From: Myxococcota bacterium
GTDB lineage: Bacteria; Myxococcota; JACRCW01
Assembly (NCBI GenBank): GCA_040752415.1
Contig: JBFMGU010000015.1
Span: 1 to 64,000, forward strand
Direction: 5' to 3'
DNA: 64,000 nt
Part shown: positions 31,383 through 42,975 of the stretch, one piece after another
How positions within the stretch are numbered: the first letter of the stretch is position 1
How the letters are laid out: each line of letters begins with the position of its first letter
Translations under genes and position numbers: made by a program
Notes under the pieces: model-generated
Told to the model about the DNA's origin: nothing
The model's input: the letters and a program-made list of their open reading frames with translations, nothing else
Databases searched by the model: none

Positions 31383-31856
31383 ATGCGCTGGTTGGTGATG
31401 GCGACGTTGACGCTGGTGCTCGCCTGTGAGCGCTACGACGAGCCCAACCGTCCCCTGCCGCCGCTGCAGCTGGAGCATGTGGATGGGCGAGCGCTGGACT
31501 TGTCGTCGCTGCGCGGGCGCCCGGTGGTGATCAATCTCTGGTTGCCAGGTTGAGCGTCCTGTCTCCGGGAGTTGCCCGGAGTGGAAGCGGTCCGACGGGA
31601 ATTCCAGCCCCGTGGCGTGGAGTTCATGGCGCTCTCGTTGCACCCGGTGGCGGATGAGGTGGTGCGCGCCGCCAGCAAGCATGGTGTGGGCTCGACGGTG
31701 GCGTTGGCGCGCGGTGAGGTGCTGGGACCCCTGGGGTTGCGCGTGGTGCCGGCCACGGTGTTCGTGGATGCCAAAGGCGTGATGGTGGCGTCCGCCGAAG
31801 GAGAACGGAGCGAGGCGTTCTTCCGACGACGGGTGAAGGCACTACTTGCGGAGTGA
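31383..31856 (+). CDS. TlpA/ResA-like thiol-disulfide oxidoreductase lipoprotein with in-frame TGA (probable selenocysteine, UxxC)
   Basis: RBS GGAGG; LVLAC lipobox; LSSLRGRPVVINLWLPG-TGA(31551-31553)-ASCLRELP; cis-Pro loop VVPATVFVD; both halves in the same frame. Confidence 0.88.
31554..31588 (+). promoter_or_regulatory. Candidate bacterial SECIS hairpin
   Basis: Perfect stem CTCCGGG (31563-31569) / CCCGGAG (31575-31581), loop AGTTG; 16 nt between UGA and loop; imperfect lower stem. Confidence 0.7.
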
Positions 31857-32135
31857 GGCGCGCGCGGATTCCAGCCAGCGGTCCTGCTGTTCCGGCGTTC
31901 CCTCCTCGAACTCACGCAGGTGCACCGGGCACATGAAGCCGATGACGACGCCGCGGTGCGTGGCGCGGAACGTGGGATTCAACGGGTCTCCCGCAACAGG
32001 CTCGCCGGAAACGGGACACACGCGGTTGCCCAGCACCGGCGCGTCGACGAGGGTGGGCCGCACCTCCGTGGATGGGGGCTCGGTGCACGCCGCGGCAGTG
32101 GACATCAGGAAGGTCACCAACAGGAACGTACGCAT
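31842..32135 (-). CDS. Small lipoprotein with YHS/TRASH-like metal-binding motif
   Basis: MRTFLLVTFLMSTAAAC lipobox; NRVCPVSGEPV...HRGVVIGFMCPVH..EF. Confidence 0.7.
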   Translation of the reverse strand: MRTFLLVTFLMSTAAACTEPPSTEVRPTLVDAPVLGNRVCPVSGEPVAGDPLNPTFRATHRGVVIGFMCPVHLREFEEGTPEQQDRWLESARASLRK

Positions 32136-32140
32136 CGTCG

Positions 32141-32890
32141 TCACCAGAACATGATCACATAGCCACGGCCGCCCCACTCCCAACCCAACGAAACATGCGG
32201 CACCACGCCCAACGCCGCGCCTGCCACGAGCAGCATCCACACTCCCGAGATGGGGAGCAGCAGCGAGGGAATACGTTGCAGGAGGGAGACGCGGTCCAGG
32301 CGCAGCATCCGCGCCAGCATCATGACGCTGCCCAAAGGGACAGTGGTCATCAGCACCAGCAACAACATCACCAGCGCGCCGTGCAGCGGACTGCGCGTGC
32401 TCGCGGCCACCACCAACGCCCACGCCACGATCATGCACGGCAAGCCCGCCATGATGGTACCGAGCACCCACGAGCGACCGATGCTGCGTCCGTCGGCGAG
32501 CGCCACCAGGCGGGTCATCACGCGCGGCAGCAAAGGCCGTTGCCCCAACGTCACCACGTCTGACCGGCGCTGGAGGTGACCACGCAGCGGCCAGAGGATC
32601 ATGCCCAGCCCCAGCACGACGGAGAAGTAGGGCGCGGCGTGTTGCAGCACGTCGGAGATGGAGCGGCCGAGCAGACCCGCCAGCGCACCCAGCAGCGCGT
32701 ACACCGTGGCGCGACCGAGCTGGTACGCGGCGAGATGCGCCCCCACGCGACCCACGTTCGCGCCACGCGTGCAGCCGCCCAGGTCGAGCCCGAGCACCAA
32801 CGGCCCGCACATGCCCGCACAGTGGAACGTGATCCACAGCAGGCCCAGGCTGATGAGCTGCGCATAGGCAGCGCTGACGACGGCGTCCAT
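32141..32890 (-). CDS. DsbD_2 / TauE-SafE-like membrane protein associated with cbb3 clusters
   Basis: HCAGMCGP, YQLGR..Y..LGALAG, GLPCMIV motifs; multiple TM helices. Confidence 0.85.
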   Translation of the reverse strand: MDAVVSAAYAQLISLGLLWITFHCAGMCGPLVLGLDLGGCTRGANVGRVGAHLAAYQLGRATVYALLGALAGLLGRSISDVLQHAAPYFSVVLGLGMILWPLRGHLQRRSDVVTLGQRPLLPRVMTRLVALADGRSIGRSWVLGTIMAGLPCMIVAWALVVAASTRSPLHGALVMLLLVLMTTVPLGSVMMLARMLRLDRVSLLQRIPSLLLPISGVWMLLVAGAALGVVPHVSLGWEWGGRGYVIMFW

Positions 32891-33056
32891 GCAAGTTTCC
32901 CGGACGCTCCAGAGCAATCCTTGCGCCAGCTTTCCGCGCGTTGGGCCCTCACGCTCCAGCGCAACATCGCGCGCAACGGTTGCAGTCGTTCTTGCGTGCA
33001 ACGCAGGGGTTTCGGACGCGCCCCCCGACCTTCCCCCCGGGAATCCACATGTTGGT

Positions 33057-33073
33057 TCGGCACGGCGCGTGCT
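33057..33073 (+). promoter_or_regulatory. Candidate sigma54 promoter for the cco operon
   Basis: TCGGCACGGCGCGTGCT, GG-N10-GC; implies a very short leader before ATG 33087. Confidence 0.45.
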
Positions 33074-33086
33074 CAGTGCCGCGGCA

Positions 33087-35486
33087 ATGTCGTCCACCTG
33101 CCTGCATTGCCAAGGTCCCATCTCCGACGCGGACGCTCCGGGCGGTTACTGCTGCGTCGGTTGCGCCACGGTGGCGGAGTTGCTTCGCAGCCGCGGACTG
33201 GAGCGTTACTACGCGTTTCAATCCGTCGCTGGTCAGCCGGTGACGTTGTCCGCTCGCGCCCGAGACCAGGCGTGGCTGGAAGCGCCGCTGAAGGACGCGG
33301 AGGCGCGGGCGCACGGCGGGCTGGCGCACATGGACGTGGACGTGCAGGGGTTGCGCTGCAGCGCGTGCGTGTGGCTGCTGCGTGAGCTCTTCCTGCAACA
33401 GCCGGGCGGCGCGGAAGCCATCATCAATCCCGCGGTGGGGCGCGCCACGCTGACCTGGCAGCCGGGCCGGACGGATGTGGCAGCGTGGTGCCGTGACGTC
33501 GAGCGCTTTGGCTACAGCGTGGGTCCCGCGCGGAAGATGGAGGCCTCGCGCTCCGACCGCGTGCTCACCCGCCTGGGCATCAGCACTGCGCTCACCATGA
33601 ACTCCATGATGTTCACCATTGCGCACTACGTGGGCATGACCCCGTCCGACGGCGAGGTCTTCCACCTGATGCGCTGGTTGAACCTGGCGCTCAGCGTGGG
33701 CGTGCTGCTCATTGGTGGCTGGGAGTTCTTCTCGCGCAGCTACCTGAGCCTGCGCCAGCGCATCATTCCCTTCGACCTTCCCATCGCATTAGGGCTTTCG
33801 TTGGCCTTCGCCGGCTCGCTCCACGTCTTCGTGACGCGGCCGGACACGTTCTCCTACTTTGACACGCTCAACACCTTCACCACGCTGATGCTCGTGGGGC
33901 GGTGGCTGCAGGAGCGGGTGTTGGAGCAGAACCGTCGGAGGCTGCTGGCCAATGACGGCGTGGAAGGGCTGCTGGCGCGTCGGGTGCGCGAGGGGCGCGT
34001 GGAGACGGTGGCCGCGGAGAAGCTCACGCGCGGCGACACCGTGGTGGTTCCGCCGGGTGGGCTCCTGGTGGCGGACGGCATCCTCGTTGACGAGGGCGCC
34101 AGCTTCTCCCTGGACTGGATCAACGGTGAGTCCATCCCGCGCAGCTTCAACCCCGGACAGACCGTCCCCGCGGGCTCCTTCAACGCGCACGACCGCGCCG
34201 CGTTGGTGGTGCTGGACGTGGACTTCCGCGACTCCTCCCTGCTTCCGTTGCTGTCCCGTCCGCCGCAGGAGCAGGAGAGCGCGGATGACCCCATGCTGCT
34301 GCAGCGCCTGACGCGCATCTACGTGCCCGCGGTGCTCACGCTGGGGATGCTGGGCTTCCTGCTGTGGTTGCCCTCCGGCGTGGAGCGCGCGGTCGAGGTG
34401 ACGACGAGCCTGCTGGTGGTGACCTGTCCGTGCGCGCTGGGGCTGGCCATTCCGCTGGCATGGCAGCGCATGGCCGCGGCGTTGCGCCAGCGTGGGCTCT
34501 TTGTCTGCAACCCGTCGTTCATGGACCGCGCGGTGCGCGTGCGTCGCGTGGCCTTTGACAAGACCGGCACGTTGACGCTGGGCGCGCTGCGACTCGCCAA
34601 TCCGCAGGAGCTCACGTCGTTGAGCCCGGCGTTGCAGACCCTGCTGTACAACATGACCGCGCGCAGCTCGCACCCCCGCAGCCGTGCGGTGCACCAGGCC
34701 ATCCCCGCCGCGCACGCACGCTTCGACGCCTCCGTTTCCGTCGTGGAGCGGCCCGGCCTTGGGCTGGAGGCGCGGGACGCGCAGGGACGCCTGGTGCGCC
34801 TGGGCCTTCCGTCCTGGACCGGTGGGGTGCAGAGCTCCGACGAGGGCGTGTGGCTCTCCGTGGACCTGGCGGTGGTGGCGCGCTTCCGCCTGCAGGAGAC
34901 GCTGCGCTGGGACGCGCGCGTGGAGCTGGATGCGTTGCGCCGCGGCGGTCACGACGTGGTGGTGCTGAGCGGTGACGCCCCCGAGCGCGTGGACGACGTG
35001 GCGCGCGCGCTCAACCTTCCCGCCCGCGCCGCCGTGGGTGGACTGTCTCCGCAGGGCAAGGCGGAGTGGCTCCAGGCCCATTCCTCCGCGTCGGACACGC
35101 TCTTCATTGGCGACGGCGTCAATGACCGGCCCGGTTTCCGGGAAGCGCTCTGCAGCGGCACGCCCGCCGTGGACCACCCCGCGCTGAGCTGCGTCACCGA
35201 CTTCTACTACCTGACGCCTGGCATCGGTTGCGTGCGCACCGTGCTGGACGCTGCGCGGCAACTGCAACGGGTCACGCGGAACATCCGCAACGTGGCGCTG
35301 AGCTACAACGTCCTCGCCGTCAGCCTGTGCCTGGCGGGCGTGGTGACGCCGTTGATTGCCGCGGTGGCCATGCCCGCCAGCTCCATCTTCATCCTTGTCT
35401 ACGCCGTGCGTGGCACCACGCTGGCGTCCTCCCGCTCCGGGAAGGACGCGGAGCTGGCCACCGCCGCGGCACCGGTGACTGCATGA
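33087..35486 (+). CDS. ccoI: Heavy-metal (Cu) P1B-type ATPase, CcoI/FixI
   Basis: N-terminal CLHC..CCVGC, CSAC, GES, CPC, DKTGTLT, HP, GDGVND. Confidence 0.92.
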   Translation: MSSTCLHCQGPISDADAPGGYCCVGCATVAELLRSRGLERYYAFQSVAGQPVTLSARARDQAWLEAPLKDAEARAHGGLAHMDVDVQGLRCSACVWLLRELFLQQPGGAEAIINPAVGRATLTWQPGRTDVAAWCRDVERFGYSVGPARKMEASRSDRVLTRLGISTALTMNSMMFTIAHYVGMTPSDGEVFHLMRWLNLALSVGVLLIGGWEFFSRSYLSLRQRIIPFDLPIALGLSLAFAGSLHVFVTRPDTFSYFDTLNTFTTLMLVGRWLQERVLEQNRRRLLANDGVEGLLARRVREGRVETVAAEKLTRGDTVVVPPGGLLVADGILVDEGASFSLDWINGESIPRSFNPGQTVPAGSFNAHDRAALVVLDVDFRDSSLLPLLSRPPQEQESADDPMLLQRLTRIYVPAVLTLGMLGFLLWLPSGVERAVEVTTSLLVVTCPCALGLAIPLAWQRMAAALRQRGLFVCNPSFMDRAVRVRRVAFDKTGTLTLGALRLANPQELTSLSPALQTLLYNMTARSSHPRSRAVHQAIPAAHARFDASVSVVERPGLGLEARDAQGRLVRLGLPSWTGGVQSSDEGVWLSVDLAVVARFRLQETLRWDARVELDALRRGGHDVVVLSGDAPERVDDVARALNLPARAAVGGLSPQGKAEWLQAHSSASDTLFIGDGVNDRPGFREALCSGTPAVDHPALSCVTDFYYLTPGIGCVRTVLDAARQLQRVTRNIRNVALSYNVLAVSLCLAGVVTPLIAAVAMPASSIFILVYAVRGTTLASSRSGKDAELATAAAPVTA

Positions 35487-35661
35487 ACATCGTCCCGCTC
35501 ATGGTGTTTGTGAGCCTGATGCTGGTGGCGGCATCGCTCTTGCTCTTCGGTCACAGCATGGCACGCAAGGATCACCAGCACGCGGACCGCCTGGCCCTGC
35601 TGCCCATGACGGATTCGGAATCCCCCCGCGCGGAAGCGCAGGAAATTACGTCGGAGAAGAC

Positions 35662-35665
<4 letters not shown>
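35483..35665 (+). CDS. ccoS: cbb3 oxidase assembly protein CcoS
   Basis: Single-TM 60-aa protein (MNIVPLMVFVSL...DHQHADRLALLP) with ATGA overlaps on both sides. Confidence 0.8.
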
Positions 35666-37976
<2,311 letters not shown>

Positions 37977-37980
<4 letters not shown>

Positions 37981-38183
37981 TGTACGCCTGGTTCTACCAG
38001 CAGAGCTCCGTGCTGCATCTCCCGATTGCGGCGCTGATCATCTTCATGTGCGTGTTCCTGGGTGTCGTGGTGCGTGTGCTCCGGACCCCGGGCAAGAACG
38101 AGCAACAAACGCGGATGGCGTCCCTACCGCTCCAGGACGAGCCCCTTGCCACCCGCGGCATCATCGGAGGAAGCCATGACTGA
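37977..38183 (+). CDS. ccoQ: cbb3 oxidase subunit CcoQ
   Basis: Single TM helix followed by MASLPLQD; lies between ccoO and ccoP. Confidence 0.75.
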
Positions 38184-38745
38184 GAACCGCGTCCACCAGG
38201 AAGTCGACGGAATCGTGGAGGAGGACAACCAGCTCCCCAACTGGTGGCTCGCCACCTTTTTCGGGGCGATCATCTTCGCCTACGGGTACTGGCAGTACTT
38301 CCACGTCTGGCAGATTGGTCAGAGCCCCGCGCAGGAATTCGCGGCGTACCAGGAGACCGTGAAGCAGAAGCAGCCCGCGGGCGGCGGTGACAACGTCAAG
38401 CCCGACGTGCTCCTGGCCGCGGCCTCCGGACCGGAAGCGCAGCAGGGCGCGCAGATCTTCGCCGCCAACTGCGCGGCGTGTCATGGCAACGCCGGTGAGG
38501 GGAAGATTGGACCCAACCTCACCGACAGCTTCTGGCTGCACAACGGTGACCCGGTGAGCATCCACACCAGCATTGCCAACGGCTACCCGCTCAAGGGAAT
38601 GCCGGCGTGGAAGGCGGTGCTGGGCACGGAGAAGGTCACGCAGGTCACCGCGTACGTGTTGAGCCTGAAAGACAAGAACATTCCCGGCAAGCCGCCAGAG
38701 GGGGAGGCTCAGCCGGCCGCGCCGGGGAAGACCACGTCCCTCTGA
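38176..38745 (+). CDS. ccoP: cbb3 oxidase subunit III (monohaem)
   Basis: HQEVDGIVEEDNQLPNWW, CAACH, GPNLTD.FWLH, GMPAW. Confidence 0.92.
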   Translation: MTENRVHQEVDGIVEEDNQLPNWWLATFFGAIIFAYGYWQYFHVWQIGQSPAQEFAAYQETVKQKQPAGGGDNVKPDVLLAAASGPEAQQGAQIFAANCAACHGNAGEGKIGPNLTDSFWLHNGDPVSIHTSIANGYPLKGMPAWKAVLGTEKVTQVTAYVLSLKDKNIPGKPPEGEAQPAAPGKTTSL

Positions 38746-38753
38746 GTTGAAAG

Positions 38754-40118
38754 ATGGATGCCACCGTTCCGCCCACCACCGCACCCAGCAGTCGCGCCCT
38801 CCGTCCCGACGGGACCCGAGCCCGAATCCATCCCAAGGAGACGAACGGGCGCTATACGCGGCTACAACAGTGGCTCTATCCGGCGCTGATCCTGTTCTAT
38901 GCCGCACTGCCCTGGGTCCCGGTGGGCGGGCACCCGGCAGTGTGGATAGACATCCCGCAGCGTCGTTTCTACCTGTTTGGTCTCACGTTCAATTCCACGG
39001 ACTTCTACCTGGTGTTCTTCATCATCAGCGGGTTTGCCTTCTCGCTGGTGGTGTTGAGCGCGCTGGTGGGGCGGGTGTGGTGCGGCTACGCGTGCCCGCA
39101 GACCGTCTACATTGACGGCGTGTACCGGAAGCTGGAGCGGCTGGTGGAGGGAACCGCGCGGGAGCGCCAGGCGCGGGAGCAGGGACCTTGGACGGCGGAG
39201 CGCGTGGCCCGCAAGGCGCTCAAGCACGTGCTTTTCGTGCTGGTGTCCCTGCTGATTGCGCACGTGTTCCTGGCGTACTTCGCCACCGCGGAGGACGTGC
39301 TGGAAATGATGCAGCGCTCTCCCCTGGAGAATCCCACGCCGTTTGCCTGGGTCATGGCCATCACGGGGTTGCTCTATTTCAACTTCGGCTGGTTTCGGGA
39401 GCAGTTCTGCCTGGTGCTATGTCCCTATGGTCGCATGCAGTCGGTGCTGGTGGACCGGGACACGGTCACCGTGGGTTACGACGCGCTCCGTGGCGAGCCG
39501 CGCGGCAAGCTGAAGGGCGAGGCCCACGGGGATTGTGTGGACTGCCGCATGTGCGTGCAGGCCTGTCCGACGGGAATTGATATCCGCAACGGTATGCAGA
39601 TGGAGTGCATTGCGTGCGCGCACTGTGTGGATGCCTGCAACGAGGTGATGGTCAAGATTGGCAAGCCCACGGGACTCATCCGGTATGACTCCTTGGCCGG
39701 ACTGGAGCATGCCAAGCGGCAATTCTGGCGCCCGCGTGTGTACGGCTACATCGTGGCGGGTCTGGCGGGGCTGACGGCGTTGACGCTGGCGGTGAACCAC
39801 CGCAAGGCGTTCGAGGCGAATCTCCTGTGGGCCCAGGCCGCGCCGAGGACGGTGCAGGGTGAGCAGGTGGTGCACCGGATGGTGGTGCATCTCAACAGCA
39901 AGACGGCGGAGGCCCGGACCTACCAGCTCTCCCTGGACGCTCCCGAGGGTGCGCAGGTCATCCTTCCCACGCCCGCTCCCACGCTGGAGCCGTTTGGCAG
40001 CGTGCACCTCCCGGTGATGGTGGTGACGAGCAAGACGTCCGGGGGCGAGCGGAAGGTGACGCTGCACGCGAAGGATTCCGTGACGGGGGAGGTGCGGTCG
40101 GCGGTGCTGAAGCTATGA
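38754..40118 (+). CDS. ccoG: cbb3 accessory protein CcoG (4Fe-4S)
   Basis: GRVWCGYACPQT, CLVLCPYGR, CVDCRMCVQACP, CIACAHCVDAC. Confidence 0.95.
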   Translation: MDATVPPTTAPSSRALRPDGTRARIHPKETNGRYTRLQQWLYPALILFYAALPWVPVGGHPAVWIDIPQRRFYLFGLTFNSTDFYLVFFIISGFAFSLVVLSALVGRVWCGYACPQTVYIDGVYRKLERLVEGTARERQAREQGPWTAERVARKALKHVLFVLVSLLIAHVFLAYFATAEDVLEMMQRSPLENPTPFAWVMAITGLLYFNFGWFREQFCLVLCPYGRMQSVLVDRDTVTVGYDALRGEPRGKLKGEAHGDCVDCRMCVQACPTGIDIRNGMQMECIACAHCVDACNEVMVKIGKPTGLIRYDSLAGLEHAKRQFWRPRVYGYIVAGLAGLTALTLAVNHRKAFEANLLWAQAAPRTVQGEQVVHRMVVHLNSKTAEARTYQLSLDAPEGAQVILPTPAPTLEPFGSVHLPVMVVTSKTSGGERKVTLHAKDSVTGEVRSAVLKL

Positions 40119-40338
40119 GCCGGTCGCGCTCGACGTCGCTGACGCCCACATCCCGCTGCCCCGGTCGTTCCTTCCCCTGCCCGTGCCCGTGCCCCTGCCC
40201 GGCTTGACCGTCCGTCGGCGGAACGCGTGCCTCGGCGGAGCTCCTTCGCGGAGTTCCAAGGCAACCCGAGCGGACGCTCCACGCCGCGTCCACGTCGCCG
40301 TCAACGTTCGTTGTCGATTCGTGTGATTTCGTCGCGGT

Positions 40339-40788
40339 CTACGCCGCTTCGAGCGTTGCGCGCAGCATCGCCTGCTTCGTGACGGCGCCAAGCAGCTTTC
40401 CGTCCTCCACCACCGGCAGCACCGTGAGGTGTTTGTCCACCATCAACGTCGCCACCTCCTGCAGCGACGCGCCCGGCGTCACCGTGATGGCGGGCTGGGT
40501 CATGACGTCCGCCACCCTTCCGCCCAGCGTCTTCCGCAGCTGTTCGCGCACGTGGGACTCGCCCAGCGGGATGGCCGCGTCCATGAATACCAGGAAGGTG
40601 GGCAGGTGGAGCTTCCGCTCCTTGAACATGATGTCCATGGCCGTGGCCACGCCCACCAGGCGCCCATCCTCGACGACGCACGCGCCATCCAGGTTTCGCT
40701 CCAGCAGCAGTCGTCCCAGCTGCTCCACCGTGGATTCGGGACCCACGGTGGCGGGGTTGCGGTCCATGACATCCCGCGCCTGCTTCAT
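40339..40788 (-). CDS. CBS-domain protein
   Basis: ARDVM...TVGPE...VVEDGRLVG; VADVMT...LPVVEDGKLLGAVT. Confidence 0.88.
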   Translation of the reverse strand: MKQARDVMDRNPATVGPESTVEQLGRLLLERNLDGACVVEDGRLVGVATAMDIMFKERKLHLPTFLVFMDAAIPLGESHVREQLRKTLGGRVADVMTQPAITVTPGASLQEVATLMVDKHLTVLPVVEDGKLLGAVTKQAMLRATLEAA

Positions 40789-40844
40789 GGTGCTCCTCCC
40801 ACGTCGGAGGGTTGTACGGGTCCCATCCCCCGCCGGCAGCGTGT

Positions 40845-41267
40845 TCATTCGCGCACCACCAGCACCGGCTTGGAGCTCATTTCCACCACGCGGCGGCTCA
40901 CGGACCCCACCAGCATGGCGCGGAAGCGTCCAAGCCCGCGGCTGCCCACCACCACCAGGTCCGCTCCGCGCTCCACCGCGAGTCGACACAGCACCTCCGC
41001 GGGGTCCCCGGTCTCCAGCACCGTGGTCACCGGGACGTCCCGCATCTCCTCCGCCAGGGAGAGCAGCATGTCGTGGATGCGCTCCAACTCCTGTTGCCGC
41101 ACCCGCTCCGCCGTCAGCCCGTAGTCCTGGATGGGGAAGGTGGGCATCTCGTACGTGCTCACCAACGTCAGCGCGCCGTCCATCTTTCGCGCCATGTCCC
41201 GCGCCAGGTCCAGTGCCCGCCTGGAGTGCTCGCTCCCGTCGACACCCACCACCAGATGCATGCCCAT
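40845..41267 (-). CDS. Universal stress protein
   Basis: VVGVDGSEHS..AL; ADLVVVGSRGLG...VGSVS..V...KPVLVV; RBS AAGGAGG. Confidence 0.95.
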   Translation of the reverse strand: MGMHLVVGVDGSEHSRRALDLARDMARKMDGALTLVSTYEMPTFPIQDYGLTAERVRQQELERIHDMLLSLAEEMRDVPVTTVLETGDPAEVLCRLAVERGADLVVVGSRGLGRFRAMLVGSVSRRVVEMSSKPVLVVRE

Positions 41268-41291
41268 GGCAGCCTCCTTGCCTGCCGGTCA

Positions 41292-41308
41292 TGCGTCACG
41301 CGTGCCAA
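41292..41308 (-). promoter_or_regulatory. Candidate sigma54 promoter for usp-CBS
   Basis: Minus strand TTGGCACGCGTGACGCA, GG-N10-GC; predicted +1 falls just before the AAGGAGG RBS. Confidence 0.6.
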
Positions 41309-41352
41309 CGGGTCCCCGGTGTGATGACGTCGAGCACCCGCATCCCTTGCGT

Positions 41353-42129
41353 TCATTTCCCGTCGGACGCAGTGGATTCGTTGCGCCACGCCAGGTCCCA
41401 TGCCGTGTTGGCCATGACGCGAACCAGCGCGAAGGCCGCGGGCCGCAACCCCAACGCCAGCGCCGCGTGGATGGCCAGCGCCAGGATGCAGAGCCCGGAG
41501 CCGGAGAACAACGCCAGGGCGGGGAGGGGAGTGGGCACATCCTGCAGTCCCCTCGTCGTGGAGAAGTAGAGCAGCAGGGGCAGGGGCGCTCCGGCCAACA
41601 TCACCGCCACGGTCCCCGCCACCGCCACGGGAAGCGCCGCCACCAGGGCCTGCACCGGCGTCATGAGCAGCTCCCACCACACGCGCGGCTGCGGCCCCAT
41701 CATGCTCGCGGTGGCGTGCATCAACGTCAGCCAGGTGCGCAGCCCCGTCGACAAACCGGTTCCCAGGATGAATCCCACGGCATCCCAGAGCGGGACCTGG
41801 ACAGCCAGCATGGGCGCCATGGCGGTGGCAGAGGCAGCCAGCACCAGCGCCACCACCACCGCGCCCCAGCCCGTGGGGTCCTGCGCCAGCGGCGCCACCA
41901 GCGCCAGCACCAGGGAGAGCAACGCGGCGGCCTCCACCAACGTCACCGCGCTGCCCAGCGCCATGCCCACCGTGGTCCCCGCCACCACGTCGGGACCCAC
42001 GCGCAGCAGGTCCGCACTGCGCTCCGACCACGCCAGGTCCTCCGCATCCTGGCCCAACCTCATCCCCTGCGCCTGCGCCCCACCGGCCAGGCCCACCACC
42101 AGCACCAGGACCAACACTCCGCGCATCAC
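41353..42129 (-). CDS. Hypothetical multi-pass membrane protein
   Basis: Signal-like N-terminus and several hydrophobic helices; no motif recognised. Confidence 0.55.
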   Translation of the reverse strand: MMRGVLVLVLVVGLAGGAQAQGMRLGQDAEDLAWSERSADLLRVGPDVVAGTTVGMALGSAVTLVEAAALLSLVLALVAPLAQDPTGWGAVVVALVLAASATAMAPMLAVQVPLWDAVGFILGTGLSTGLRTWLTLMHATASMMGPQPRVWWELLMTPVQALVAALPVAVAGTVAVMLAGAPLPLLLYFSTTRGLQDVPTPLPALALFSGSGLCILALAIHAALALGLRPAAFALVRVMANTAWDLAWRNESTASDGK

Positions 42130-42217
42130 GGATGCCCCGTTGATGCCGTGTTGTAACGTCGCGTTGACGTGGGTGGCAGGTGGTGCGGATGTCCGCGTCG
42201 TCGTCAGCGGTGGGGCA

Positions 42218-42850
42218 TCACGGCACCTCGAAGTCCACGCGCTGCCAGGCGCCCAGCGGTGTTCCGTCGCCAGCGGAGAGCGCCACCACCAGCACGTGCT
42301 TCCCGGGGGCCACGCCCTCGAGCTCCAGCGTCGGGTCGGCGGTGATGATCGGCGCGCGGTCGTCCAGCTGGTAGACGAGGTGGCCCTTGCCGATCATGTA
42401 CTCGTGGTTGGTCCGCTCGGGCTCCACCAGCTCCACGTTGGTGTACTTCACACGCACCTTCACCGTGTTGTCCTGCGCGCCCCCCGCCACGTCGTCGACG
42501 TAGACGCTGATCACGCCGGTCCCCGCGGCGCCTTGTCGCAGCTTGTTGGTCTCCTGCACGGTGGTGAACCCGTAGCGTCCGGCCTTCCCCCGCTTTGGCG
42601 CGCGTGCGCCCATGCGGTCCTCCCAGAACTGCGCGTCCTGGTCGGCAAAGCCCAGGTGGACCTGCTCGGTGCGCGCGTTGGAGGCGGGCGTGCCGGAGCC
42701 GGGGTAGGGCTGCAGCGGGTATCGGTTCTGCACCACCTCCTCCTCCCACTTGCGCTGGTCAAGGGGGAGCTGTTGGTCGGCGAGCGCGTCCAGGGACATG
42801 AGCAACGCCGCGCCCAGGACGGTGAGCTGGCGGAGGCCGTGCTTCTGCAT
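42218..42850 (-). CDS. Secreted hypothetical protein with DUF6130/DUF4399-like beta domain
   Basis: Signal peptide; GKGHLVYQLDD...PGKHVLVVAL...GTPL. Confidence 0.65.
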   Translation of the reverse strand: MQKHGLRQLTVLGAALLMSLDALADQQLPLDQRKWEEEVVQNRYPLQPYPGSGTPASNARTEQVHLGFADQDAQFWEDRMGARAPKRGKAGRYGFTTVQETNKLRQGAAGTGVISVYVDDVAGGAQDNTVKVRVKYTNVELVEPERTNHEYMIGKGHLVYQLDDRAPIITADPTLELEGVAPGKHVLVVALSAGDGTPLGAWQRVDFEVP

Positions 42851-42975
42851 GAGGGATGCTCCTTGCCGGCGCGCCATCCTCGTCGCGGAGGGCCGCCACA
42901 CGGGTCACATCGTGCAAGTTAGAGAACCATCGTGCTGGCTTCAGGAGCGCTTAGGCACGGGCTTGGACGTGATGC

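Noticed and set aside
31551..31553. TlpA gene as a pseudogene with a nonsense mutation
   Set aside because: The stop falls exactly on the catalytic Cys position, the rest of the gene is intact and a SECIS-like hairpin follows; Sec is the better reading, pending proof of sel genes.
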